A DNA stretch of 60,110 nt, counting the filler, from Sphacelaria rigidula (taxonomy: Eukaryota), in the NCBI GenBank assembly GCA_964200075.2. It is 9 parts of 9 records of this genome, joined end to end, with 100 filler letters (N's around TTAATTAATTAA, not from the genome) between each part and the next. Parts side by side here need not be neighbours in the genome. Positions count along the whole stretch, not along the records: positions 1 to 6,591 come from CAXNAA020019182.1; positions 6,692 to 13,281 come from CAXNAA020019183.1; 7 more parts are not named here. The stretch is one strand, 5' to 3'. Positions 1 to 12,422 of the stretch are shown one piece after another. Under the pieces are notes generated by a model. The model searched no databases and was not told the origin of the DNA. It worked only from the letters and a program-made list of their open reading frames with translations. The stretch's first letter is position 1. Each line of letters opens with the position of its first letter. The position numbers and the translations under genes are program-made.

Positions 1-3000
1 CCTTCAACCACGATCTGACTCGAAACTTCGAGCAACAAATGGCCCAAAATCCCCCCCCCCCTATCGTAGGATGACTCGTTGGATGCAGACAAGTGATGAT
101 GCTAGATTTAAGTACAAAAAGAACGCCCCCTATACTGCCGTGCCGTCACACTCGGCCGTGTTTGGTGCGCCAACGTCGTGTGGAATGACGAAGGACCCCA
201 ATGAGCGATCAGAACGCGCGCCACACCGCTCCTCGATGAATGTACGCCTTCATTACTTCCGTGTTTCGCCTCGTGTGTTCGTGCTGTCGGCCCTCATCTG
301 ATATCCCCATGCATAACGAAGACTCGACAGAGGGGAAGGTGTATTATTTGCTTTTTATACTATTATAGCAACTCTTCGACTCTTGACTCACCAATCAAAC
401 ATACACCATAGATTACACGCTACTCCCGAGCTGCTACATGCAAAAACCACTTCAAATATAACTCAAGAAAGTGACGCGGTGAGGATATCTCGTGACATAC
501 GCGGTACAGATATCATGCCACAACCCCGCCTTCCTGATTGATTCGTTTTCGTACTGCATCCCAAATCCATTCCACATTGAATCTTATGTAGATTGTACGC
601 GAACCAGCACCGTGCACATGTACAAGGATCACGTCCGGGCATATTTGAATAGCCCCCCTGACTGGAGCTGACCCTTGTCGCTATCATCATGAAAAAAAGC
701 TCACGACCCCTCACTCACGCCAAAGCCGAATGATGCTCATAGCTCAGTAACAGTGAAACTCAAAGTATTCGGCAATGTAGATGTGGAGATCGCCATTTGG
801 GCATGTGCGGGGCGATTTTCCTTTTATGACGTGTAACCTAGTGAACGGCTGTTACAGGGGTAGTTCACAGGAGTCCTGAAATTCCCATATCTGTACAGCC
901 GGATCTGGAACCCCAAGGTAACAAGGATCTCCGCAGCTAACTGCTGGCGATCCCTGGGGATCCCTTCTTGACAGCGGATCCTGAAAAATGGGGTCCATCT
1001 CAAAAATGAGGTTGACGCGGCACTTCTTCTTTGCAGGGAAGACGCGAGACACTAGCGACCGAGCGAAGCCATCTTCCCCCCAAATGTCCGCAGCAGTTGA
1101 GCAACTGTGGCTAGGTGCACCTAACGAATGCGATGTACACGCGTGTCGATGCCGATNNNNNNNNNNTGTGTCCCCGCTCGGCGTTTACCAATCGCTCGAG
1201 AGACTGGCATCATCGATGTTACCAGCATGTACCCAATTTTCCATGTCCCGGAACACCGAGCTGCGGAGAGATTCCGTCGTCTCTTCTTGCCTGTGGCCAA
1301 TGCGAAGATGGATTTCTCTCTGCCTCTCTTTTTGGACAGGACGCGGCTCCGTGTGCTGAAAAAGATTTTGAAAAATAGGGCAATTTTCTCGTCACCGCTA
1401 CCACTAACAGCCTGGGTTCGGTTTTGAGGTTATATTTGGGTGAGGTTCAACGGACCATCGAAATTTCATTCGTTTTGTTCAAAAGACTCGGGATTCGCAA
1501 CCGGTTTCGACCATGTAACCTTAACCCAGAAGTTTCTGCACGGCAGCGCAAGCATGATGATGAGCAGTCCAACAGAAAAACCGCCGTCGTTGATTGTGCG
1601 GCATCTTCTGAGCAGGACCTGCGTCCAAGCGCCACGGAACACGTAACAAAGCATGCTGAACACATACTTCTTTGGACTAGTCATCGAGTTGTCGAGCGCC
1701 TCTTGTTGAGTATCTGAGAGAGACTTCATACTGTTGCGCCGGCGACCACCGCCGTCAACGAAACGATCCAATACGGCGACAGACGCCAGCGATCTTTGAA
1801 ACGCAGCATCATTCAGCGGTCTGCTGAGATATACCATCACCAGAGTACAGCATCACTACAGTGCAGTCGTCAGTCGGATAAAATGGATGCCCCACAATAA
1901 AGCTGCAGACACACACAACGTGGGTAAGGGTTAGTCCCACGCTTGGGGTTGTTTCGCCAGTAGTGCCCATGCGAGGCGCTTCATCCAGTCTGAACCAGGT
2001 TTCACGCCTTGTATGGCCACCTCCGCGGTGGCTGTGTCGAGAACCGGTTTCGCGGTGAGACTGTCGAACAATACTACTGTAGTGCAACGCGCTTGCAGAA
2101 TCCGAGCCATTTCTTTTAATTTAGAACCCGCATCAGCTGTAGTTTGAATATCGCTTCTGACGGTCCCAAACGGGTTCTGATCCAGCGACGGAAAGCGCTG
2201 GCACCCTCCCCTTCAGATAGGATTTGTGACAACTGTAGGGGTATTTGGGGAAGATCGCTCGGAATGAAACATGTAGAATAGTATTCAGGGGTATCGTAGT
2301 ACATCTTTCCCTGTTCAAAATCGGAACTCCTGTTCAAAATCGATTTTTTCTTGCTTGAACGCTTTACACTCGTTTCATTGAACGACTGCTTTCCAAGAAA
2401 ACCATCCGTTATTTCAGGGCTTCCCCTGGGGTCCAATCATGAATGATGGTGGAAACAAAAAACGTCCGCTTTCAAGTGGTACCCAGCCTCGAAGTGGATT
2501 GGGCCCACCCACCGGAGGAGTGATAACGGTGATGGTGCAAGTTGATTTCCGCCATCGTAACGTGGGACGCCGTTCTTTAAGCGATACAAAGACGAAACTG
2601 CCTCAACCCTTGTTTTGACCAACATCTGGGTCTCATATTAATTCTTCCAAAAGTAACGATGACGCCCGCGATTTAACAGAAGACCCATCCTGGCCTGGCG
2701 GCCGAAGGGTTCAAGTGGGGATACCACCACTTCATTTTGAATTCACTGGAATTCTGTATCTAATTGCCTTCATCGCGGGTAACCGGCGAAACTCTGTTCA
2801 AATGGACACGAGACAAAATGCACGTACTACCTGACAATTATGGGGTCACTCTCAGAAGACAACATTTAAGCCGCATTCTCTTGAGGGGGAAGGGGGAGAC
2901 TGGGAACAAAAACCAACACTTATGATTCGGATCTCTTCCCGGCCGCCACATCTAGCGCTCCCTCCCTTTAGGTGAAATCGATTTGTATTTCTCGCTCAGT

Positions 3001-4158
3001 CAAGGACACTTTACAACAACAACAGATACACTGCTCTGGAAGCAAATACAAATGCGCACCCGGGATTGCAGCGCTATGTGACGTTTCCATCCTTTCTCGG
3101 AAAACAAATCCTGGAGTCGCGTACGCATCCCAAACATCTACAGTGACTTCGTCAACTGCTGAGGATTCCTCTCCTGCTCTGCAATGAAGCACTTCCACCC
3201 GATAGACTCGATCATTTTCCTTCGGCAAGACGAGTCACGACACACACACACACCGTCACAAATGTCGCACGCCGTCGACCCTACCTGATTAACCCACACA
3301 GCCCTGAATAACGATCAACTGTATGCGCCAAATGAATCACCAATACATTTTCGAACCAATTCACCCCCTTCCGTCATCCTTTCATTAGACCTTCCTACTA
3401 ACTTATTGTTCACTAAGAAGTGTCGATCTCCTCCGCTACGGCAATCCTTGGTCCACGCGTAAACTTGGGTGCGAACACTGAGCGAAAAAAACAACGAAAT
3501 GAGGACGGGAGCCGCTCACATACATGTGTAACCTCAGGGTGGCAGCGGACCTTCACACAACCAACCTCGGAACATGAATGATGGGATACGATCTGGCACA
3601 GACATCTCGCCCGCTCCCGCTCAGGTTACCAAACATACAGGGAGGACATCCACCGATAATTGCATAAAATACGTCACAATCCATAAACTAGACAAAATAC
3701 TCACATAATAAAAGGTTACACTCGAGATTTGTAGCATATACCCGACGTCTGTGGCAGTTCATGCCTTCCTTAAGAAAAGGACTACACACAACGTTTGTGG
3801 CAATTCACAAGTTCGTTGGAAAGTTAAATACTGTTCAAGTTCGTCCAAAATATCACCTTGTTTTCACATCACGCCCCCTTATTGGTATCTTGCATCTAAG
3901 CTGAAGCAAAGCTACCGGAGGCACAAGTTCTCCTTTTCTGCCGAGAAAATCATTTGTGCGCACTAGACATACTGGCTACTAGCTAACCCTTAGATGAAGT
4001 ACTCCGTTCCAAGGATATTCTTGAAAAAAAAAAAAACGCCACGTTCGTCACTACCACCACTGGACTTCGCAAGACACTGCTTCTCCTGAAAGTAAGAAAC
4101 AAAAACATCATCCGGTCAGTCAGCACGGGATACAGAGGGTACCTGTAACGTGATTCTA

Positions 4159-4692
4159 TCAACGACCCTTCCGCTGGGCCATTGGTTTTGAATTCAGTGG
4201 CGCCCTAGCGTCAAGTCGCTTCCTAACTCCCTCATACACGACGAAAAACACGGCGCAGGACGGACCAATGAGCGTTGATCTCGGCACGATCCCGGCGAAC
4301 CAGTTCACTCCTAGCACCCCCACTCCTGACCCCGGAGCGAGGGTCATCTGCCTTGTCCTCAGTACGTCTAGCGGGGTCGTGAGCACCGAAGCGATTGTTC
4401 CTGCCACTGCGCCGAGCGCAGCAGCGTCTACGCCGGACAGGGTAGCTGATGTCGCTGCTGCACGCGAACTGCTCCTGGGAGCAGTTCCCGCGATCCCCGC
4501 GTCGTTCCGGGGAAGGGTCCCGGGGCGCTGGGGTTTTAGTACTTTCCCCGATCGGAGACGGAGGAAGCTTGATTCGGCCGTGGGAACCACCGCCGGCGTG
4601 GTGGATGTTGATGTTGTCCATTTTCGGTGCAGAGACTTGAGGAGCTCATAGCTTGTCATCTGGAGGGCTCGAAAGGGTACATCGCGACTGAC
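4159..4692 (-). CDS. Mitochondrial carrier (SLC25, SAM-carrier/PET8-like), last exon; 5' exons not identified
   Basis: CAG acceptor 4695-4693; VSRDVPFRALQMTSYELLK...GAVAGTIASVLTTPLDVLRTRQM...FAGIVPR...AVFFVVYE then TGA. Has the PxDxx[RK]xR signature and the R[DE]xPF motif typical of SAM carriers; substrate assignment is inference. Confidence 0.9.
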   Translation of the reverse strand, partial: VSRDVPFRALQMTSYELLKSLHRKWTTSTSTTPAVVPTAESSFLRLRSGKVLKPQRPGTLPRNDAGIAGTAPRSSSRAAATSATLSGVDAAALGAVAGTIASVLTTPLDVLRTRQMTLAPGSGVGVLGVNWFAGIVPRSTLIGPSCAVFFVVYEGVRKRLDARAPLNSKPMAQRKGR

Positions 4693-4856
4693 CTGCCAGT
4701 AGGGCGGTGTATGGCGAAAGGCGGCCGTCGTGACGTGTAAAAAATTGCCAGTGGTGACTGTAGGTTGATTGATGCAATCACGGGGTGGGTACGGAAAGTG
4801 GCACGCTCCCATGAGGAAAGGCGGGAATGGAAGACACGCTTTCTTCGTCCTCATGG

Positions 4857-5136
4857 GAGCAACGCTACGGTAGGGGCTGCACTTTTTGTTTCTGGGGCTA
4901 TCCTTCATGTAGGAGCACAGACAGGCTTCCTGTTCTACACAAATCTCCGGGGAACGGACTCCCGGAAACATACATGGTGTTAGCACGCAGGGGCCTTTTC
5001 GTGAATCGGCATCATTTTCAGTCTTTTTCAAGTAAAAATAATGCCGATTCTCGGAATGACCCATCCATCCAACACCCCGAGCATCCCCGAGAAACATTTT
5101 CGCCAAAAAAGTGCAGCCCCTACCGTAGCATTGCTC
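4857..5136. mobile_element. MITE-like element in the carrier intron (second copy 32294-32546; internal fragment ~18855-18915)
   Basis: ~30-bp TIRs GAGCAACGCTACGGTAGGGGCTGCACTTTT / AAAAGTGCAGCCCCTACCGTAGCATTGCTC, an internal hairpin GAATCGGCATCATTTT...AAAATAATGCCGATTC, and a homologous copy in contig 5. Confidence 0.8.
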
Positions 5137-5460
5137 ATGGTCACAGTCACACCATGTTAATTTAACCACCGGGGTGTAGCGGCATTGGAGGGGAAAACTC
5201 CCAAAAGTATCCGACGGGGGGGGTCTCATCACCTCTTCACATATATACATATAGGGAGACAGGGAGAAAATGCTGCAGCGACACACAAAGCGGAAACCTA
5301 GAAATCAAAACAGAGGGTAGGTTGTGGCGCGTGGGCTACAAACACTGTGTGTAAAAAATACAACGCGGACGAAAGCTGTCTTTCCCGTTCGACAACTTGC
5401 TCGGACGTACACAATCTGCGGACAAGGTCCTCCTGTGCAGTGTACGCTGCGAGGTCTCAC

Positions 5461-5550
5461 CTGGCCAGTGAAGCCCTGGTACAGCCCCCCGAACCCTGAC
5501 TTTCGGACAATCGACACGGCCGCGCTCGCAGCGCTGCTGTGCATCCCCCC
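5461..5550 (-). CDS. Mitochondrial carrier (SLC25, SAM-carrier/PET8-like), penultimate exon
   Basis: CAG acceptor 5553-5551 and CAG|GTGAGA donor at 5460; 90 bp, phase 0; GGMHSSAASAAVSIVRKSGFGGLYQGFTGQ matches the carrier 'I..EG..GLY.G' motif and splices in frame to the next exon. Confidence 0.88.
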
Positions 5551-6591
5551 CTGACGAGCGAACAACAGCGCGAAAAACGTTGCATCGGCAGGAACGTCAA
5601 GCGTAAATTGAGTCCCTCGCGATGATTGCGAATTAGGCTCAGCGAGAATCAGCAGTAGGCGGAGGAGGAAGCCGGGGGGGATATAGCCGAAACAACAACA
5701 GTCGAAACGTGTCCCTCAAGAATATGAAACTGTAAGGGGAGATAGATGATGTCCAGGGGGGTGGTTCGATAATGCAGCAAGCAAAAACGTAGAAATAGAC
5801 AAGGCGCCCTCTTCTCTCCCGCGAAGCAGGGGGGGCGAAAAAGGCAGCCCCGAGTTTCCGACGGCGACGCAACGGCAGGCGCTTCTTGGCCCCCACTCTC
5901 ACGGAGTTAACCGGCGGACATTGAGCATCATCTTGACACCCTTTACTGGGTGATATAAGTGGTCAGGACGAAGGTGGATTATTTCGCTTATTCGTCGTAG
6001 GATACGTGAATTTTCGGCAGTGTTGATAAGACAACGGGCAATTTTTGGTAATTCCACAACAGAGGGTGCTCGCGAAGCGATAGGCGCAGGTTGAATGTCC
6101 CAGAAATTCATGCCTGACTCGCGGTACGAGAGAACACGTGAAAAATGCCCCCCACCCCCCTGCTCCCATTCCCGTGAAGGTGTACAGCCTCGTATCCAAC
6201 ATGGTCACACTACGTGCTACGTAGTACCGAAGGTTTCCCAAAAAGATATACTGTCGAAAGCTATGCAGGGATTGTTGAGAACACATTCCCCCAAGGTGCA
6301 TTGCATGGATCCAGACTGAAAAACTGCCCCCATTTTCACATCATCGTCCGTCATTGCACTGCGCCACAGTGCAGAGCTTACCCGTTGAGGGGCACACTGG
6401 CTGAGACCGTTGTTGGTTACGTTGCGTGGTACTTCCTTTCTATTGAGTGCGATTCAATGTGTTTATTAACTCCTTCCGTCATTCCCCCCCTGTCTAGAGT
6501 TTTCTCCAACGACCTTTCCCCCCCCCAAAAAATATTTTTGAGACACCCATGAGGCAGTGTATAAGCTGTGGCTGTCTCTGGAAGTGGCGCT

Positions 6592-6691
6592 NNNNNNNNN
6601 NNNNNNNNNNNNNNNNNNNNNNNNNNNNNNNNNNNTTAATTAATTAANNNNNNNNNNNNNNNNNNNNNNNNNNNNNNNNNNNNNNNNNNNN
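6592..6691. other. Artificial contig-joining spacer (N44-TTAATTAATTAA-N44); identical spacers at 13282-13381, 19972-20071, 26662-26761, 33352-33451, 40042-40141, 46732-46831, 53422-53521
   Basis: Eight identical 100-bp spacers carrying a six-frame stop linker, every 6690 bp; intervening contigs are 6591, 6590 (x7) and 6589 bp, i.e. length-sorted. Confidence 0.99.
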
Positions 6692-6830
6692 AAGGTGGGG
6701 TACTAAAAACAAACAAAAAAAAAAAAAAACTCCTGTGTTGACCTTCCCCCTGTGTGACCCCGGCTGGTACGCCCACATATACCGAAAGGTGTAGACCGGC
6801 GTCCAGAATAGATGGGACGACAACACTAAC
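6692..6830 (+). mobile_element. 3' part of the tRNA-derived SINE family, cut by the contig start
   Basis: Matches the 3' half of the copies at 47546-47914 and 52051-52410; further fragments at 13382-13410, 26592-26661 (-) and 46530-46665. Confidence 0.8.
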
Positions 6831-7470
6831 ACACAACGACCGTGTCATGACCATGGCCTTCTCTAACCGATACCATTTCACAGCTGCTGCCTAATCGTGT
6901 GCGTCATGCAGTTTACCCGTGGCGTATCAGTGAGTAGGATACGCGACATTTCTTATAGTCGAAATCGCACGCTTCCTGCCCAACAAACCGTGCCTCTATT
7001 CGGTGGCTCTGCTGCTGCACCTGCAGCATTCCTCTGCCGCAGAGATGCCGCGTGGACACAGACCGCGCACGCTGCACTCGTGTTGTGGAAGGGGCGGTGA
7101 GAATCGAACAGATATTGCATGCACAGGGTATATTTATGTTGCCATGTGCGCATCCCGAAACTCCCGTATGTCCGGCAGCAGGTTTGTCAAGACTGATGCT
7201 ACCGTAGGGGTGCAAAATTTTGGCTGAGGTTAGAATTGTCGAAAAGTCATTCATCTCATCCAAAACATGACTTATCAAGTATGCCCGACTAATGTACGCC
7301 GGGATCTTATTCCAGTGTGCCAAACGTTTCCGGAATGAAATTGCAAAGGGGGATGCCGTGAACCATCTTCTTGTGCATCTACAATCGGTGCGAGCCCCTG
7401 AATGAGACAAGATGTGGCGCAGGAAGTGCGCCTCTCCTGTAGAATTGCTCGCATGACGAAAATTTGGTTT

Positions 7471-7625
7471 TATGTCGTTCTGTTGGGCTTTTTCTGTTCC
7501 TTCTTTTTCTTTAGCGAGTGTTTCAGTTTTGATCGTTCTGTTGGGTACGTCTATCATGTGACCACGTCTAGATCATGACTACCTAGGGGGTCAGTTAAAG
7601 TGCGACAATGAATGAATGAATGAAT
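7471..7625 (+). mobile_element. Retroposon (LINE/SINE) 3' end with (AATG/AATC)n tail; copies at 29692-29846 and 38431-38582
   Basis: Three homologous ~150-bp copies (TGTCGTTCTGTT...GTACGTCTATCATG...GGTCAGTTAAAGTGCGAC), each ending in a short tandem-repeat tail, typical of 5'-truncated non-LTR insertions. Confidence 0.7.
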
Positions 7626-8114
7626 CAGTCAACCAATGTGTAAAAAATGACAAGTGGTTCGCAGCGCAGTAGCCTAAGCCCAAAGGCCTTATGTTCCTCG
7701 ATATATATATATATATATATTATTTCGGCCGATGTTAAGCCCATTGGAAGTGGGACCAATCCTACGCGCCCTTCACAGTCCCAGCAAAAATATATGCGCA
7801 AGAGAGCAAAAATCGCTCGCGTGGCGTACCTCAAGGTTCAATGAATGCGGCGTCCAAATTTCACCCCGAAAGTATGAGTCTGGGCCGCGCCGATTCGGTG
7901 GACTCTTGCAGGCTACGTTCATGGGGCGAAAAGTCATTTTCTTTGCTTCTTCGCCGTTACGCAATCGTGCTTGACACGTGATCTCGCGTACCCGCTTGCG
8001 ATTTCCCCAACCCGACTCGCAAACTTCCGGCGCCAGTCGTATCGCAGACGCGACGGACCACCAACAGCAGATGGCCTCCGACGCCAGAGCTGAGTACCAA
8101 ACACGATGGGAATT

Positions 8115-8486
8115 TGTCTTCCAGCACGCGCGAGGGCTCTCTCAACACGCGCGTCCTCTCTGCCCTTGTCTTTCTCATTACGCGCGTGCTCTCTGTCCTT
8201 ATCTCTCTCAGCACGCTCGTCCGCGCGCACCGTTTTAGCATACCCACGTTCCTCCTTGCGCGCGTCTCTGTTTTCTTCTCTTTCGAATACCCTCTGGAGA
8301 GGGAATTCGAGAAAGAAGAAAACAGAGACGCGCTCTGGAGAGGGAATTCGAGAGAGAAGAAAACAGAGACGCGCGCAAGGAGGAACGCGGGTATGCTAAA
8401 ACGGTGCGCGCGGACGAGCGTGCTGAGAGAGATAAGGACAGAGAGGACGTGCGTGTTGAGAGAGCCCTCGCGCGTGCTGAGAGACA
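8115..8486. repeat. Long foldback inverted repeat (arms ~150-180 bp) with a 41-bp tandem duplication next to the apex
   Basis: 8115-8295 is the near reverse complement of ~8339-8486; apex CCCTCT-GG-AGAGGG at 8290-8303; direct repeat 8292-8332 / 8333-8373. Confidence 0.92.
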
Positions 8487-9499
8487 GAAGAAGAGAAACC
8501 ACGAGCTTGCTATACTGAAACTGAAGATACAACTTCAAGAGGTCGAAAACCACAGGCGCCGGGCGTGACAGGTGCCACGCTTGGCCCATTTCAGCTTTAA
8601 CGTATGTCGCTTGCTCGTGCGTTGGCCTCGTGGGAACAGCTAACTGCCGGTATGTTTCATATTCAGTTTATTTCCGACGGGGGAATGGTTTTCATGCTCG
8701 TTCTGAGGACGCCTGCGCCGTGGGGCTCGGCGGGGCGATGACGATGGTTCAATATCGTTTACTCGTGTGTTTTCTTTGCTGCCGATGTTGTACAAAAAAA
8801 CTTCTGGCGCCTATCTTTCCCGGGGAACAAGAGCGCAACGTAGACATTTATTTGTTTATAGTAGCATTCGCTTCATTTGTTGCGGCTTTCGCTATAGTTT
8901 CGTTTGATTTCGCTTTTCAGGCTTCCGCCGCAACTCAACCCCCCCCCCCCTCCTATTTGCGCCTCTGGCTGGAGCTTCTGGTTCAGGTTGGTGTAGTGCG
9001 TTTATGGTGCGGCCAGGGCCGTGCCGCGGGAGGGGTTGCACGTTTGAGTACATATCGTATCATATATTGCTCTGCTTCGCATCGCGCCTCCAATTTTCCT
9101 TTTGTTTCTTACATTGGAATGGAATGAAAAAGGGACAGAACAGACAGACGCCCTCAATGAAGATGAGCAAGAACGGTATACGATCATAAAAACAGTCAGC
9201 TGCAGCAGGTTTTCGGTTGCTATTTGACACGCACGGGACCGCCCTTCATCCAATACTGGACGGATTTCCGTCAAACAAAGGCTGTCGTGTGTGGATAATG
9301 GGCTAGCGCTTGGACATTGCGCGTGAGTGGTGGGTGTCTATGCGTCGGCTTTCGTGGCTCGGTGTGTCGGCGCTGTGCTACCTCGTTGCGTCTTGTCCGC
9401 AGCACTACAGAGATATTGGACCAACGTCCACTTTCAGAACTGCCGCATTGTTTACTTGTGCACAGATCTGGCCTTCGATCTAGGCGTAACTGCTTGTCT

Positions 9500-9826
9500 A
9501 GCACTACAACTGTTCAGGCACTCTCCAGCGCACATCGCACCGTGATCGTCGTAGAGTATTTAGATGCACAACAGCACAGCGAGAACTACAGCATAGAAAT
9601 GATGAGTGTGGGAAGCACCTTGTTCGTTTGACTTGAGACAAAATAGCCAACACACCATGCAAGTGTAATGCATGAGAGGAAAACCGTCAAGCGATAAAAG
9701 AACAAGGGAAAAATCCGATCACCTGACTGTTTTTGTGAGCATGCAGAGTATCAGCGGCATATAACGTAACGTGCCGGGTGCATGGGTAATATCACACGAT
9801 GAAACGCGGACCGCCTCCCGCACGAG

Positions 9827-9866
<40 letters not shown>

Positions 9867-10480
9867 CTTATTGCCGGTAAATGTACGCAGCTGGGGGTGG
9901 GTCTGAATCAGCCGGTGCCGATGCTGCTGCTGCTGTTCTTGATCGTAGACGGTCCGCGTTTCGACCGTGCGACAACACCCACGCACCTTGCGAGTGATAG
10001 CCACCGTGCTGAACAGCGCTGGGCACGTACTACCCGCCGATGGCTCCATGCTTGCTTACTCGGCGAAGTTCTGGGAGATATAGCTGTGCGCATCTCTCTG
10101 CGGGCTGTGCGCATCTCTCTGGGGGAGCTGTGCACGTGGAGTGTGTCTCCCACGCGTGGCTATTGCAACAAGAGAAGCTGCTACATACTGTATACAGTCC
10201 GTCTTCAGGTTCTCAAAAATACTGCAGAAGCTGTGCTGTGTTGTGTAGTATTCAGTGTAGTACTCTGTACTCCATATACCACTGCAGAACTGTGTTGTGT
10301 TGAGAGTAGTACCCTGTACTCCATATGATGGGGTCATGCTTTGAGCAGTTTTTCGAAAAGTTCTGCTTGTTTTTTTTCAAGTATTCCGAAAAAAACGAAA
10401 CAGTTTTCTGTCACAGGAATCCAATGCCGAATCTGGAATAGCCTGAGACAACAACCAATTTGAAAATTGGAATTTTCAGG
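9500..10480. repeat. Interspersed ~1-kb repeat (probable non-autonomous TE) with an inverted copy at ~34640-35525; contains (AGC)12 at 9828-9863
   Basis: Three collinear blocks (9500-9650, 9870-9990, 10340-10480) match 35375-35525, 34925-35058 and 34640-34830 in reverse complement; 35110-35340 is further duplicated at 36020-36250. Confidence 0.8.
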
Positions 10481-12422
10481 CTCGTAGGAATAGGTACACA
10501 AAGTATGGGTCAGGAAATTCCCCGTTGCAACAGGCATTCGAGACATACCTTGCCCATAGGAGTGCTAACCGTAGCGAGCTGTCATATCCTTCATGCGTGT
10601 GTGTTGGGTGAGATATAGATCGTCGAAAAATTCAAACCTCAGAAGCATTTTGTGCACCCCGCCCGTGGCGTCAGTCACCACGGGTGGGTATATGGGGAAT
10701 GCATTGATGTCCCACAGTAATTATCAACAAGAGGTGGTCGCACTGTCTATATTTTGCTTCATGTTCCGTACATATGAGTAATGCAACGGTAGCGGCGCAG
10801 TTTTTCGTACAACTTCTTCCGAGGCTTCACGCTGGGGCCACAATATTCGTCATCGACAGGCTTCTCCAGCACAGAGCCTCAGAAAAAAAATGTACACCCC
10901 TTCCGTGGCATTGCACACAGGCTGACTGTCAAAATGTGGTCTGTTGTACGCGGTTTTTGCGCTACGTGTCGATTTGACGTGGTTGTACTGCACCACGTTC
11001 TGCATTTGACGGGTGGCGCTTGATGTCGTGTCGAAAGAGGTTGGGATCGCGCATAACATTGAGGTCACGGCGATCGAAATTTCCCTGTGGCTTAGGGAGA
11101 TTTCCATTAGCCTTCATTCCCTGCATGATTGTCATGTTGAAATTGGTGTAACCTGCCCGCTATGGCGCAACGGATGCAGAGGTTGCATGGTATCAGTCAA
11201 GACTATGAAGGAAGACCAGAGGATTATTGAATACGCTGCTGCCGTGTTGAGCGTCAACAGCCATGCGGATACACCTGAGGAAGTGCTGTACGTTATCGAG
11301 TATGTGAGACAATCCTGGGCAAGACGTGGCCATGAAACACCACTCAGCTCCAACGCTATTTTCGCGCTTCAGCATATGGTCTCCACCTGCCCCCCCACCC
11401 CCCCCCTCGTCATTGCGATGACAGACGGTTGTTATAATTACTTTTACTGTCGTACATACTGATCCCAGACGACCCCGCCAGTGCTGAGACGACAAACCCA
11501 TCCACACTAACCCAATGCAAAGCAACAGGCAGTCGCCGGTGGGGAGAAAGGAGGGGAAACGAAGCTAATTGCAGAAGCAATCAGACTAATCCGGTAATGA
11601 AACTGAAGTAAACCGAGCGCACACGAATCAGAAGACCAAACAAAAAAACGAGCACATACTGGAGAGGAATCGAGGATACACGTTGGAGGCAAAGGAGAGG
11701 ACGCGACAGAACTAAATAGAATGTGAGGCACAGTGAAGGTGTGGAGACGCAGTGCGCTTGAGCTATTTTGGTCGCACTATTTCGCACGTCGGACAGATCA
11801 TGATATGTCTGAAGCAACTCATCAAAGAAGACTCGAGTCCGTTGGTCCCCCCTCCAAAACAAATGTGACCGCGCAGTCAGAAAAGCCAAAGCGCAACCTT
11901 TGCACTACTCGGCGTGCTCAGCGTCCGGCGCCGTGAGGAAAAAACATGGAAAAGGGGGGCCAAATGATCCGGATCATGATCCGGATCAGTATACTGAGTA
12001 GAAGTAATTTTCAGACGGATCATGATCTGGCCGACGTGTGCACTATTTTGGTAACAGCCATCATCCATGACCCTGCGGAAGGAAACCACCTCACTACCCG
12101 TTGTATAGTCCCACGGGGATGAGTACACTCACGGAAAGAATGAAGCAAATCGAATATGAACAGGGGGGAGAGCGGGAGAGACGTAGGGCAAGGGGGGAAA
12201 GGAAAGCGCGACGAAACAAACCGGAAGCTACGGACGTGGTGGAGCCCTACAACACAAGACCGCAACTGCGATGTACAATCATGGGAGTACGGGAGGACCC
12301 CAAACTAGGAAAACTCAGCGACGAAGAGTACCCAAATTATGGACATAAAAATTCTGGACCGAAACATGCACCTAAATTTCTGAAGACATTGCCACGTCAA
12401 TAACCGGAATATTCATTCCTCA

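Noticed and set aside
3527..3720. TGTAAC...GTTACA segment as a solo LTR, with 2100-3500 as gypsy interior
   Set aside because: No TSD, PBS, second LTR or recognisable pol motif; plausible but unsupported.
4693..5286. N-terminal half of the 375-aa ORF 4159-5286
   Set aside because: Read-through into an intron containing a MITE; true coding starts at the acceptor at 4692.
6636..6647. Recurrent TTAATTAATTAA motif at exact 6690-bp intervals
   Set aside because: Synthetic six-frame-stop linker inside N spacers; not biological.
7957..8589. Overlapping 97-210-aa ORFs here and mirror ORFs at 27733-28122
   Set aside because: By-products of palindromic, low-complexity sequence; only the E/R-rich frame at 8338-8568 looks ancestrally coding.
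11190..11380. Protein-like stretch MKEDQRIIEYAAAVL...VIEYVRQSWARRG
   Set aside because: Weak splice signals and no family recognised; may be TE debris.
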